A stretch of DNA of 29,352 nt. Origin: Lentisphaeria bacterium. Its GTDB lineage: Bacteria > Verrucomicrobiota > Lentisphaeria > Oligosphaerales > Oligosphaeraceae. Location: NCBI GenBank assembly GCA_016302725.1, contig JAEDNB010000001.1:1-29352 (forward strand), given 5' to 3'. The notes below the pieces were generated by a model that saw nothing but the letters and a program-made list of their open reading frames with translations, did not search any database and was not told where the DNA came from. Made by a program: the position numbers and the translations under genes. This document shows positions 18,289-27,261 of the stretch, piece after piece; positions within the stretch are counted from its first letter, which is position 1; each line of letters opens with the position of its first letter.

Positions 18289-19386
18289 ATGCAGAGAATC
18301 ATTGGCATTGGCGGGGCTGGGAGCAAGATTGCGACCAAGCTGGATCAGGATTCCGTGGTGGTGAACGTCAGCGAGGTGGAGTTGGGGAAGGTATGCGCCC
18401 GGGAGAAGATCCAGGCGGTGTTGCGCGGGGGCAGTGGTGCCTACCGCGGGTGCCGGATGGACCCGGAGTTGGGGAACGAGGCCTATGCTTCGGTGAGCCG
18501 GGAGTTGGAGAGCCGGATCCGCGGGGCTCTGGTGATTGCGGCCACGGGGGGTGGCACGGGCAATGGGATAACCAAGGGGGTGATGCGCTACCTGGTGGGT
18601 CGCCAGGAGCGGATTCCGGTGGAGGAGAAGACCCTTTTCGCGCTGGTCTTGCCCTATGCCCGGCTGGAGTCAGCCGAGTTTGTGGAGAACACCTCCATGT
18701 TCCTGAACGACTCCGTGGCGCCGGCCATTGACAGCGGGAACACGGGGAACATCTTCATGTTCACCAACCGCCTCAAGTTCGAGAACCGGATTCCCGAGGA
18801 CCATTTCAACCAGATGATTGTGGATTCCCTGCGGGATTTCTTCGACATTCCCCGGAAAAACGCGGAGCTGCGCCTGGTGGACGGGCATGTGGACCAGGAG
18901 GATTTCGACCTCTTCCTTTCCAAGCCCTACTTCAACCACTTCACCTCCTTCACCTACGACCCCATGCAGGAGTTTGGACGGCAGCTGCAGGAACACGGCA
19001 ATCCCCTGCTCCTCCCCGCCGAACAGTCCATCGAGGCCCTCTTCCTCATGGAAATCCCCGCCGGGGGCGACCAGACGGCCTTCTACAACCTGGTGGAGTT
19101 CTTCAACCGCCAGGGAGTGAAGCCCATCTACAGCGTGGCGGAGAATCCCGCCCTCACCGCGCCCCGGGTGACCGTGGCCCAGCTATACAGCCGGAAGCCC
19201 GCGGAACTGGTCCATGACTTCAACACCGTGGCGGACGAGCATGCCCAGACCAAGGTCAAGAAGACCATCAACCAATTCGTCCAACTGGAACCCCTGGAGG
19301 TGAACATGGACGAGGAGGCCAGGAAGGTGAAGGCCAATGGGCAGGACGACATTGTGGCGCTGCTGAAGCGCATCCACAAGATCTAG
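18289..19386 (+). CDS. Divergent tubulin/FtsZ-superfamily GTPase (TubZ/CetZ-like; not canonical FtsZ)
   Basis: T1 loop IIGIGGAGSKIA, VVVN, T3-like GCRMDPELG, tubulin signature TGGGTGNG, ALVLPY..E, T7-like GHVDQEDF; GAGGAG RBS inside the upstream gene. Confidence 0.88.
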   Translation: MQRIIGIGGAGSKIATKLDQDSVVVNVSEVELGKVCAREKIQAVLRGGSGAYRGCRMDPELGNEAYASVSRELESRIRGALVIAATGGGTGNGITKGVMRYLVGRQERIPVEEKTLFALVLPYARLESAEFVENTSMFLNDSVAPAIDSGNTGNIFMFTNRLKFENRIPEDHFNQMIVDSLRDFFDIPRKNAELRLVDGHVDQEDFDLFLSKPYFNHFTSFTYDPMQEFGRQLQEHGNPLLLPAEQSIEALFLMEIPAGGDQTAFYNLVEFFNRQGVKPIYSVAENPALTAPRVTVAQLYSRKPAELVHDFNTVADEHAQTKVKKTINQFVQLEPLEVNMDEEARKVKANGQDDIVALLKRIHKI

Positions 19387-19620
19387 CGCCCTGTGGCACT
19401 CCAGGCGGGGCGCCCCAGGCTTTTTGCCGCCTTGGGGCGCCTGGGGGATGGAATTGCCTCCCGCCGGGGCGTATTCCCTCCCTGCCGGAGTGCGGTTCAT
19501 TTTCCCCTGCCCCTCTTTTGCAGGGGCCATTCCCTCCCGGGCTGCTTGCCTGGGGAGGGACTCCCCTTCTCCCCCCGGAGACAGCGGGGGACCTTGTTTT
19601 TTGAACTTACTTTTTGAGGA

Positions 19621-21114
19621 TTGGCGAAATCCCCTTTTGGGGACGCCAAGAGAACCGTGTCCGCCAAGCGATACCTGAATGACGAAGAACTGGGCCGCGC
19701 CAAAGGCGCCCCCGCCCTGCCCGAGGGGAGGAAATACCTCTCCTCCGAAGAGTTGAGGAGGGAAAAGACTCCCTCCTCCCCCACTGTGAATCCTGCCCCC
19801 CCCCGCCCTGCCCCGCCCCTGGACGGCATCTTGTCCGGGAAGGGCGGCACACGGGGGGCAATGCCTTCCCCGGAGTCCATCCAGGCGAGGGAGGAGAAGA
19901 AGCGGAAAGGGGAGGCGGTCCGTCCCGCCACCCAGAGGGCTTCCCTGGAGGAAACCCGCCCTGAACGGCCCACTGCTCCCGCCCCCGCGCCAGCGCCAGC
20001 GCCCACTCCCTCCCCCGCGGCGCCCGCTCCTGCGGTTGCGGCGGCTTTTTCCGGGCCTGGGGCGTTGTCCCGCCGCAATGCCCCTCCCGTCCAGGAGCTT
20101 TCCCCCTTGAGCGACGGGGTGTTGACCCATCTGCGTTCCCGTCTGCCGGAGACATTGAACATCCTTTCCCCGGAGGAGAGTGCGTTGGTGATGGCGAAGT
20201 TGCGTGCGGGGGGCGCCTATACCATTGGCTCCCAGTTGGCCCGGGGGGCGGAGAGCATCCTCTACCAGGGCTACGCCGACGGATATAACTTCCTGGTGAA
20301 ATCCATCCGGAACTGGAAGGACCACTGGCTGGGGGACGTGCGCACCCGGAAGGACGTGGGCCGGCTCAGCAGCGGAGTGGCCTATCCCACGAAGGTCCGC
20401 CATCTCACCAACGAGTGGAACGTGGGCCAGAATTTCCAGGAGGATGCGGGCCAGCCCATTCCCGTGCAGTTCTACTCCTTGCGCCGGGTCAGCCGGCTGG
20501 GCCTGGAACTGGGATGGGACCTCCTTATGGAGCGAATCAACGGGGTGGACCTCTCCGACCGCCGCCTCCTCTCCGTCCTGACCCTGACCGACAAGGTCAA
20601 ACTCTGCATCCGCATGGCCCAGGCCATCTCCGTACTCCATCTGCGGCGCTTCATCCACCTGGACATCAAGCCCAGCAACTTCATGCTGGACCGCCAGGGA
20701 AGGATCCGCCTCATCGACTTCGGCATCTCCGTCCCCTCCGGCTTCCAGAGCCGCACCGTGGCGGGGACGGCGGGCTATTTCTCCCCCGAGCAAATCTCCT
20801 GCCGCCCCCTGGGGGACGACACCGACATCTTTGCCCTGGGAATCACCTTCAATGTCCTCTTTGGCGGGAGGATTCTCATCCAGTCCCCCGAGGAGGCGAA
20901 GAGCCGCCAGTTCCGCCACGACGCGGCCTCCGACCTGGAAAAGAACACCCTGCCCGCCGTCGCCGACATTCCCGAGCTGCCCGCCTCCTGCCGTCCCCTG
21001 GCCGAGGTCATCCGGGAGTGCACCATCTACCGGAGAATGAACCGGATTGGGAACTGCACCCAGCTCATCAGCCGGCTCCGCCAGGCGGCGGCCCAGTGCG
21101 GGCTCGCCCTGTAG
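19621..21114 (+). CDS. Hanks-type Ser/Thr protein kinase with a Pro/Ala-rich disordered N-terminus (start uncertain)
   Basis: LARGAESILY, LVK, HLDIKPSN, DFG, GTAGYFSPEQ, DIFALG; no TM segment seen. Confidence 0.92.
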   Translation: MAKSPFGDAKRTVSAKRYLNDEELGRAKGAPALPEGRKYLSSEELRREKTPSSPTVNPAPPRPAPPLDGILSGKGGTRGAMPSPESIQAREEKKRKGEAVRPATQRASLEETRPERPTAPAPAPAPAPTPSPAAPAPAVAAAFSGPGALSRRNAPPVQELSPLSDGVLTHLRSRLPETLNILSPEESALVMAKLRAGGAYTIGSQLARGAESILYQGYADGYNFLVKSIRNWKDHWLGDVRTRKDVGRLSSGVAYPTKVRHLTNEWNVGQNFQEDAGQPIPVQFYSLRRVSRLGLELGWDLLMERINGVDLSDRRLLSVLTLTDKVKLCIRMAQAISVLHLRRFIHLDIKPSNFMLDRQGRIRLIDFGISVPSGFQSRTVAGTAGYFSPEQISCRPLGDDTDIFALGITFNVLFGGRILIQSPEEAKSRQFRHDAASDLEKNTLPAVADIPELPASCRPLAEVIRECTIYRRMNRIGNCTQLISRLRQAAAQCGLAL

Positions 21115-21227
21115 GCGACGGGCCGGGCGCCTCCGCCGTGGAGGCGCGGCCTGGGCAGGGTAGGGCGGAGCGCCTCCCCCTTTCCGCGTTGCCTTCCCTC
21201 CTGTCCCTTTGCGTCTCCTGACCTGCC

Positions 21228-22856
21228 ATGCGCTCCTTCCTTTGGACGACCCTGACATTAGGCGCCATCATCGCGCTGCCGCTGCTTCTCCGGCGGGGGG
21301 ATGCGCCGTCCCTGGGGGCTTCTTCCCGCCGCCTGGTGGTGATTACGGCGAACAACGAGGCCCTGCGCCACGAGACGGAACTGGCCTTCCGGGAGTATTA
21401 TGCCTCCCGCCATGGGGGGGAGGAGGTCTCCATCGACTGGCGGACGCCCGGGGGCACCTCGGAGATTGTGCGCTTCCTGCGGAGCACCTTCCAGGCCAAT
21501 GCGCGGCATGCCTGGAGCAGCCAGGGGGACGGGGCGTGCGTCCCCTGGAGCGAGGAGCTGTCGGCGGCGATGTTCGGCGGGGCTTGTCCGGAGGAGGAGG
21601 GCCTGGCCCGGGCCTGGCATTGGCTCCGGGAGAGCCAGGTGGGGGTGGATGTGGATGTCTTCCTGGGGGGCGGGCAGTATGACCACGAGGGGCTTCGCCG
21701 CAGCGGGCTGCTGGTTCCGGCGGGGGTGCGGGAGCGCCATCCGGAGTGGTTTGCGGGGGAGGAGCCCATCCTCTCCCCCGGGGGAGGCGGGGAAATCTGG
21801 TATGACCCCCACGACTGCTACTATGCGGTGTGCTTCGCCACCTTCGGCATCGTCTTCAACCGGGACCGGCTGGCCCAGGCCGGCTTCTCGCCGGAGGAAA
21901 TCCAGGATTTCGGGGCCCGGTGGAGCGACCTGGCGGACCCCCGGCTCTATCGCGCGGTGGGCCTGGCGGACCCCTCCCAGTCCGGCTCCATCACCAAATG
22001 CTTCGAAATGCTCATCCAAAAGGAGATGCAGGAAACCCTCGCCGCCCGGTACCCCGGACTCCCCGCGGAAAGCCTGGCCCCCACCCCCCAGGAACTGGAG
22101 GAGGCCTGGGGCGCCGCCATGACCCTCCTCAAGAAACTGGGGGGAAACGCCGCCTATCTCACCTTCTCCGCCAGCAAGGTCCCCGTGGACGCCGCCACGG
22201 GGCAAATCGCCGCCGGCATGTGCATCGACTTCTACGGAAGGGCCCAGGCGGAATGGGAACGCTCCCAACTGGGGCGGGAGACCATCGCCTTCCGGACCCC
22301 CGCCGCCGCCTCCACGGTCTCCGCCGACCCCGTCGCCATCCTCCGGGGCGCCCCCCATCGGGAACTGGCGGAGGAGTTCGTGGATTTCCTCCTCTCCCCC
22401 CAGGCCCAGAGGCTCTGGGGAAAACGCGCCGGCACTCCCGGCGGCCCCAGGGACTATACCCTCTACCGCCTCCCCGTCCGACGGGACATGTACGAGGGCG
22501 CCGAACTGGTGGGGACGGTCTTCGGGGAGGAACGCCCCTTCGAACTGGCGGAACATTTCCGATACCGGGGCGACTGGACGGGGCGGCTCTTCAGCGCCAT
22601 CCGGGTCCTGGTGAAGGTGATGCTCATCGATTGCGGCCCGGAACTGCGGGAGGCCTGGGGGAAAATCCTGGAACAGGGGGGGCTGGAGGCCATCTCCCCG
22701 GAGGCCGCCGAAGCCTTCCGGCAACTCCCCTTCCCCTACCGGGAGGCCGCGCAGGCGACCCGCACCCTGGAATCCCCCCAGGAGGAGGCCACCCTCCGGC
22801 GGGGATGGATCCAATTCTTCCGGCAACACTACCGCCAGGCCGCCGCCAGGCCGTGA
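21228..22856 (+). CDS. ABC transporter substrate-binding protein (Fe3+/AfuA-like class)
   Basis: N-terminal hydrophobic anchor, DVFLGGG, FGIVFN, WSDLADPR, LADPSQSGS, IDFYG, DPVAILRGAP..ELAEEFVDFLLSPQAQ. Confidence 0.85.
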   Translation: MRSFLWTTLTLGAIIALPLLLRRGDAPSLGASSRRLVVITANNEALRHETELAFREYYASRHGGEEVSIDWRTPGGTSEIVRFLRSTFQANARHAWSSQGDGACVPWSEELSAAMFGGACPEEEGLARAWHWLRESQVGVDVDVFLGGGQYDHEGLRRSGLLVPAGVRERHPEWFAGEEPILSPGGGGEIWYDPHDCYYAVCFATFGIVFNRDRLAQAGFSPEEIQDFGARWSDLADPRLYRAVGLADPSQSGSITKCFEMLIQKEMQETLAARYPGLPAESLAPTPQELEEAWGAAMTLLKKLGGNAAYLTFSASKVPVDAATGQIAAGMCIDFYGRAQAEWERSQLGRETIAFRTPAAASTVSADPVAILRGAPHRELAEEFVDFLLSPQAQRLWGKRAGTPGGPRDYTLYRLPVRRDMYEGAELVGTVFGEERPFELAEHFRYRGDWTGRLFSAIRVLVKVMLIDCGPELREAWGKILEQGGLEAISPEAAEAFRQLPFPYREAAQATRTLESPQEEATLRRGWIQFFRQHYRQAAARP

Positions 22857-22981
22857 CCCCTCCCGCCGCCATGCCCCCGCGCTTTCCCGCAGGGCAGGGC
22901 AGGGCGCAGGGGGGCGGCGCCGCCGGGAGGAGGGGCGCCGTCGGGCAAGGCGAGGCGTGAACCAAGAGGAGACTGTCTGCC

Positions 22982-25186
22982 ATGATGAAAGAGAATCGTC
23001 TTCGGGAATTCTGCCTCCAGATGGAAGCCTGGGGGGCCAGCGACTTGTTCCTCAGCGTGGAGCGCCCCCCCAGCCGGCGCTGCCGCGGCCGCGTGGAGAC
23101 CATCCCGGGGGAGGGGCCGTTGACCTGGGAGGAGGTCCGGGAGTTTGTCCAGGGATGGCTTCCCCCGGGGACCTGGGAGCGCCTTCAGGAGGAGCGGGAC
23201 CTGGACCTGGGCTCCCAGCTGGGTTCCCCCCGCCGCTATCGGCTGAACCTCTCCTTCCGCATGGGGGTCCCGGCTCTGGTGGTGCGCCAGGTGCCTTCCG
23301 GGGCCCTCTCCTTCGAAAACCTCCACATCCCCGACGTGGTCCGGCAACTGGCGGAGTCCCCCCGCGGGCTGCTTCTGGTCACCGGCGCCACGGGCTCGGG
23401 AAAAAGCACCACCATGGCCGCCATGCTCAACTGGATCAACGGCCACTTCTCCAAGCATATCGTCACCCTGGAGGACCCCATTGAATTCGTCCACCAGGAC
23501 GCCATGTCGGTGGTCACCCAGCGGGAGATCGGGGGGGATTCCCGGGATTTCCAGCAGGCGCTGCGCCATGTGGTGCGCCAGAACCCGGATGTGATCTTCC
23601 TGGGGGAATTGCGGGATTTCGAGACCATCCAGACCGCCATCGGCGCCGCCATGACCGGACACCTGGTGGTGGCCACCGTCCACACCGTGGACGTGGAGCA
23701 GACCCTGGAACGGCTCCTCAACTATTTCCCCGAGGGACTGCGGGAACAGGTGGCACAGGATTTCTCCCTGGCCCTCCAGGGCATCGTCTCCCAAAGGCTC
23801 CTCCCCACCGCCGACGGAAAGGGAAGGGTGCCCGCCTTCGAAATCCTGGTGGCCACCCCCCTGGCGAAAAGGATGGTGGCAAGACGCCAACTCCAGGAAC
23901 TGGGGCAAATCATCCGGGAAAACTCCTCCCTGGGAATGGTGGATTTCCAGCACTCCCTCCTGGAACTCGTCCAACGGGGCAGCGTGACCCGGGAAACCGC
24001 CCTGGCCGCCGCCACCAACCCCAATGAACTCACCCTCATGCTCCAAGGCATGGAGGTGGGAGCCGATACCTTCCGGCAAACCATGGAGGACGAAACCACC
24101 GTCAACGGATTCAATCTCAAACGACTCCTCCGGGATGCCATCTCCTACGGCGCCAGCGACCTCCTCCTGAGCGTGGGAGCCCCCCCCACCATCCGGCTGG
24201 ACGGCGTCCTGCAACCCTTCGAACTGCCCAATCTCTCCCCCGCCGATACCCGGGAACTCCTCTTCAGCGTCCTCTCCCCCTCCCGCAGAGTCCACTTCGA
24301 AACCACCCGGGAAATCGACTTCGCCCTCTCCATCACCGGAGTGGGAGGGGAGGGCGACACCGCGGAATGCCGCTTCCGCGTCAACGGATTCTACCAAAAG
24401 GGAAGGGTCTCCGTCGCCTTCCGCCTGATTCCCATGAACATCCCACGGCCCGAGTCCCTGGGGCTCCCCCCAGCCCTGGTCCAGATTACCACGAAACACC
24501 AGGGACTGGTCCTCGTCACCGGCCCCACCGGACACGGAAAGTCCACCACCCTCGCCGCCTTGATCAACCTGATCAACCAACGCCGGCCCTGCCATATCAT
24601 CACCATCGAAGACCCCATCGAATTCGTCCATCCCCACGGAATGGCCCTGGTGGAACAACGGGAGGTGGGCGAGGATACGCACTCCTTCGCCAATGCCCTG
24701 AAATATGTCCTCCGGGAAGACCCCGACGTCATCCTCATCGGCGAAATGAGGGACCCCGAAACCATCGCCGCCGCACTCACCGCCGCCGAAACCGGACACC
24801 TGGTCTTCGCCACCCTGCATACCAACGATGTCTGCCAGGCCGTCGACCGAATCATCGATGTCTTCCCCGCTGACCAACAGGGACAAATCCGCACACAACT
24901 TGCCGCCTCCCTGGAATGCATCGTCTCCCAAAGGCTCATGCCGAAAAACTCCCGCAGCGGAGGACGAATCGCCGCCTTCGAAATCCTCGTGGGAACCACC
25001 GCCGTCAGGGCACTCATCCGGGAAAGCAAGACACACCAAATCCCCTCACTCCTGGAAACCTCCGCCAAATACGGCATGATTACCCTGGCCAAGGCACTCC
25101 GCAACCTCTTCGACCAAAACCTTATCACACGGGAAACCTTCCGAAGCATGCTCCCCGCCGGCGTCGACCCCGAGAGCATAGCGTAG
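22982..25186 (+). CDS. pilT: Tandem (two-domain) PilT/PilU type IV pilus retraction ATPase
   Basis: Two full sets of motifs: Walker A GATGSGKSTT / GPTGHGKSTT, Asp boxes EDPIEF, Walker B IFLGELRD / ILIGEMRD, His boxes TGHLV.AT.H. Confidence 0.92.
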   Translation: MMKENRLREFCLQMEAWGASDLFLSVERPPSRRCRGRVETIPGEGPLTWEEVREFVQGWLPPGTWERLQEERDLDLGSQLGSPRRYRLNLSFRMGVPALVVRQVPSGALSFENLHIPDVVRQLAESPRGLLLVTGATGSGKSTTMAAMLNWINGHFSKHIVTLEDPIEFVHQDAMSVVTQREIGGDSRDFQQALRHVVRQNPDVIFLGELRDFETIQTAIGAAMTGHLVVATVHTVDVEQTLERLLNYFPEGLREQVAQDFSLALQGIVSQRLLPTADGKGRVPAFEILVATPLAKRMVARRQLQELGQIIRENSSLGMVDFQHSLLELVQRGSVTRETALAAATNPNELTLMLQGMEVGADTFRQTMEDETTVNGFNLKRLLRDAISYGASDLLLSVGAPPTIRLDGVLQPFELPNLSPADTRELLFSVLSPSRRVHFETTREIDFALSITGVGGEGDTAECRFRVNGFYQKGRVSVAFRLIPMNIPRPESLGLPPALVQITTKHQGLVLVTGPTGHGKSTTLAALINLINQRRPCHIITIEDPIEFVHPHGMALVEQREVGEDTHSFANALKYVLREDPDVILIGEMRDPETIAAALTAAETGHLVFATLHTNDVCQAVDRIIDVFPADQQGQIRTQLAASLECIVSQRLMPKNSRSGGRIAAFEILVGTTAVRALIRESKTHQIPSLLETSAKYGMITLAKALRNLFDQNLITRETFRSMLPAGVDPESIA

Positions 25187-25199
25187 TGTAGTGTAGTCT
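25184..25199 (+). repeat. (TAGTG)x3-like short tandem motif
   Basis: TAGTG TAGTG TAGTC T, starting at the pilT stop codon; 25189-25199 is the exact reverse complement of 17606-17616. Confidence 0.6.
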
Positions 25200-25334
25200 C
25201 CGCGTTTCCCCCCGTGTCAGTATCACGAACCGTGGGCGGTGGATTACATTTAGTCCCTGGTTCAAATTTGTCCAAGGGAATGCCCCAACGTCCCCTGTTT
25301 TCCGTATTTTCCCTGTTTTTGAGGAGTTGAAGCG

Positions 25335-25997
25335 ATGTCCTTCCGAGTCTTGAGTCAGGAATTGGCAGAGAAGCTGTCCCGTGTGCGGATCATACCGGTG
25401 TTGTCCTTTCACTCTGCGGAGGAGTCGTTGCGCCTGGGGGAGATTTTGGTGGAGGGGGGGCTTTGCGCGGCGGAGGTCACCTTTCGGACGGAGGCGGCGG
25501 AGGGTGCCATCCGTGCCATGCGGAAGGCGTATCCGGAGCTTTGCCTGGGTGCGGGGACGGTGTTGAGCGTGGAGCAGTTGTCCCGTGCGGTGGATGCGGG
25601 GGCGGAGTTTGCGGTGGCCCCTGGGTTGAATCCGGAGGTTGTGCGGGCTTCTGCGGAGAAGGGGTTTCCCTTTGCGCCGGGGGTATGCACCCCCACGGAG
25701 ATTGAGGCGGCCTATTCCCTGGGCTGTGTGACCATGAAATTCTTCCCTGCGGAGGCGGCTGGCGGGCTGGCGTTGCTGAAGGCCATGTCCGCCCCCTACA
25801 AGCACCTGGGCATTCGTTTCATGCCCACGGGCGGGGTCACCACGGCCAACGCCCCCGCCTACCTTTCCGCCAAGGAGGTTGTGGCGGTGGGGGGCACTTG
25901 GCTGGCCAAGGCGGACGACATGGCGGCCGGCAAGTGGGACCTCATCCGCCAGAACGTCCTTTCCGCCGCCGCCCTCATCCGTTCCCTGGAGGCGTGA
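25335..25997 (+). CDS. eda: KHG/KDPG aldolase
   Basis: AEVTFRT, GAGTVL, GAEFAVAPG, PGVCTPTEI, MKFFPAE, FMPTGGV, VGGTWL. Confidence 0.95.
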   Translation: MSFRVLSQELAEKLSRVRIIPVLSFHSAEESLRLGEILVEGGLCAAEVTFRTEAAEGAIRAMRKAYPELCLGAGTVLSVEQLSRAVDAGAEFAVAPGLNPEVVRASAEKGFPFAPGVCTPTEIEAAYSLGCVTMKFFPAEAAGGLALLKAMSAPYKHLGIRFMPTGGVTTANAPAYLSAKEVVAVGGTWLAKADDMAAGKWDLIRQNVLSAAALIRSLEA

Positions 25998-26088
25998 GGG
26001 GGGCCGTTCCCGGCCCCTTGTGCGGCTCCAACCAATTCCCAGCCTGGTTTTTCTTCCGTTTATTTGACAGCCGTAGGAGACGGATACC

Positions 26089-27189
26089 ATGTCCCTGCCC
26101 CTTTACAAACCCGCCGACCAGTGCCGTTACGATGTGTTGAGCCTGGGTGAAGTCATGTTGCGCCTGGATCCCGGCGAAGGCCGCATCCACACCGCCCGGA
26201 GTTTCCGGGCCTGGGAGGGGGGTGGCGAGTACAATGTGGCCCGGGGGTTGCGCCGTTGCTTTGGGCTGCGCGCCGCCGTGGTGACCGCCTTTGCCGACAA
26301 TCCCGTGGGGCGTCTGGTGGAGGATTTCATCTTGCAGGGCGGGGTGGATGTCTCCCTCATCCGTTGGATGCCCTATGACGGCATTGGGCGGACCGTGCGC
26401 AATGGCCTCAATTTCACGGAGCGTGGCTTTGGCATCCGGGGGGCCAAGGGCTGCTCCGACCGGGGCAACACGGCGGTCTCCCAGTTGAAGGAGGGCGACA
26501 TCGACTGGGAATACATCTTTGGCACCCTGGGGGTGCGGCATTTCCACACGGGCGGCATCTTCGCCGCCCTTTCCGACACCACCCCCGGCGTGGTCATCGA
26601 GGCCCTCAAGGCCGCCAAGAAGCATGGCACCGTCACCAGCTACGACCTGAACTACCGTCCCTCCCTTTGGAAGAGCATCGGGGGGCAGGAGCGCGCCTGC
26701 CAGGTGAACCGGGAGATTGCGCCCTATGTGGACGTGATGATTGGCAACGAGGAGGATTTCACCGCCGCCCTGGGCTTCCAGGTGGAGGGGACCGACCCTG
26801 GCCTGAAGAGCCTCCCCGTGGAGTCCTTCAAGAAGATGATCCGGCAGGTGGTGAAGCAATATCCCAATTTCAAGGTGGCCGCCACCACCCTGCGCCAGGT
26901 GCGCACCGCCACCGTCAACGACTGGGGGGCCATCGCCTGGAGCGATGGCCTCTTCGCCCAGGCCACCCAGCGGGACGGCCTGGAGATTCTGGACCGGGTG
27001 GGCGGCGGAGACAGCTTCGCCTCCGGACTCATCTACGGCCTCATGGCCTATGGCGACCTGGGCAAGGCCGTCAATTGCGGGGCCGCCCACGGGGCCCTGG
27101 CCATGACCACTCCAGGGGACACCTCCATGGCCACCCTTCCCGAGGTGGAGAAACTCATGCAGGGCGGCAGTGTCCGGGTGGACCGCTAG
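26089..27189 (+). CDS. kdgK: 2-keto-3-deoxygluconate kinase (PfkB family)
   Basis: GEVMLRL, GGGEYNVA, YDLNYRPSLW, GNEED, DRVGGGDSFASGLIYGL; between eda and uxuA. Confidence 0.9.
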   Translation: MSLPLYKPADQCRYDVLSLGEVMLRLDPGEGRIHTARSFRAWEGGGEYNVARGLRRCFGLRAAVVTAFADNPVGRLVEDFILQGGVDVSLIRWMPYDGIGRTVRNGLNFTERGFGIRGAKGCSDRGNTAVSQLKEGDIDWEYIFGTLGVRHFHTGGIFAALSDTTPGVVIEALKAAKKHGTVTSYDLNYRPSLWKSIGGQERACQVNREIAPYVDVMIGNEEDFTAALGFQVEGTDPGLKSLPVESFKKMIRQVVKQYPNFKVAATTLRQVRTATVNDWGAIAWSDGLFAQATQRDGLEILDRVGGGDSFASGLIYGLMAYGDLGKAVNCGAAHGALAMTTPGDTSMATLPEVEKLMQGGSVRVDR

Positions 27190-27261
27190 CCCCTGCCCTT
27201 TCCTTTCCTCTCTCCTTACCCCCTTCCCTTCCCTGGCTTTTTCCCAAGGAGAACCCGACCC

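Noticed and set aside
18289..19386. Calling the GTPase ftsZ
   Set aside because: Lacks FtsZ-specific motifs and the conserved C-terminal peptide, and has no ftsA/ftsQ/mur context.
19970..20040. GCGCCA-type tandem repeats
   Set aside because: They simply encode the PAPAPA linker of the kinase.
17200..21114. Prophage or integrated plasmid carrying the tubulin-like gene
   Set aside because: No integrase, replication protein, phage genes, tRNA target or att-like direct repeats seen; coding GC resembles the neighbours.
25258..25275. TGGTTCAAATTTGTCCAA as a hexuronate-regulator operator upstream of eda
   Set aside because: Only the central 8 bp are palindromic and no regulator gene is in the window; too weak to call.
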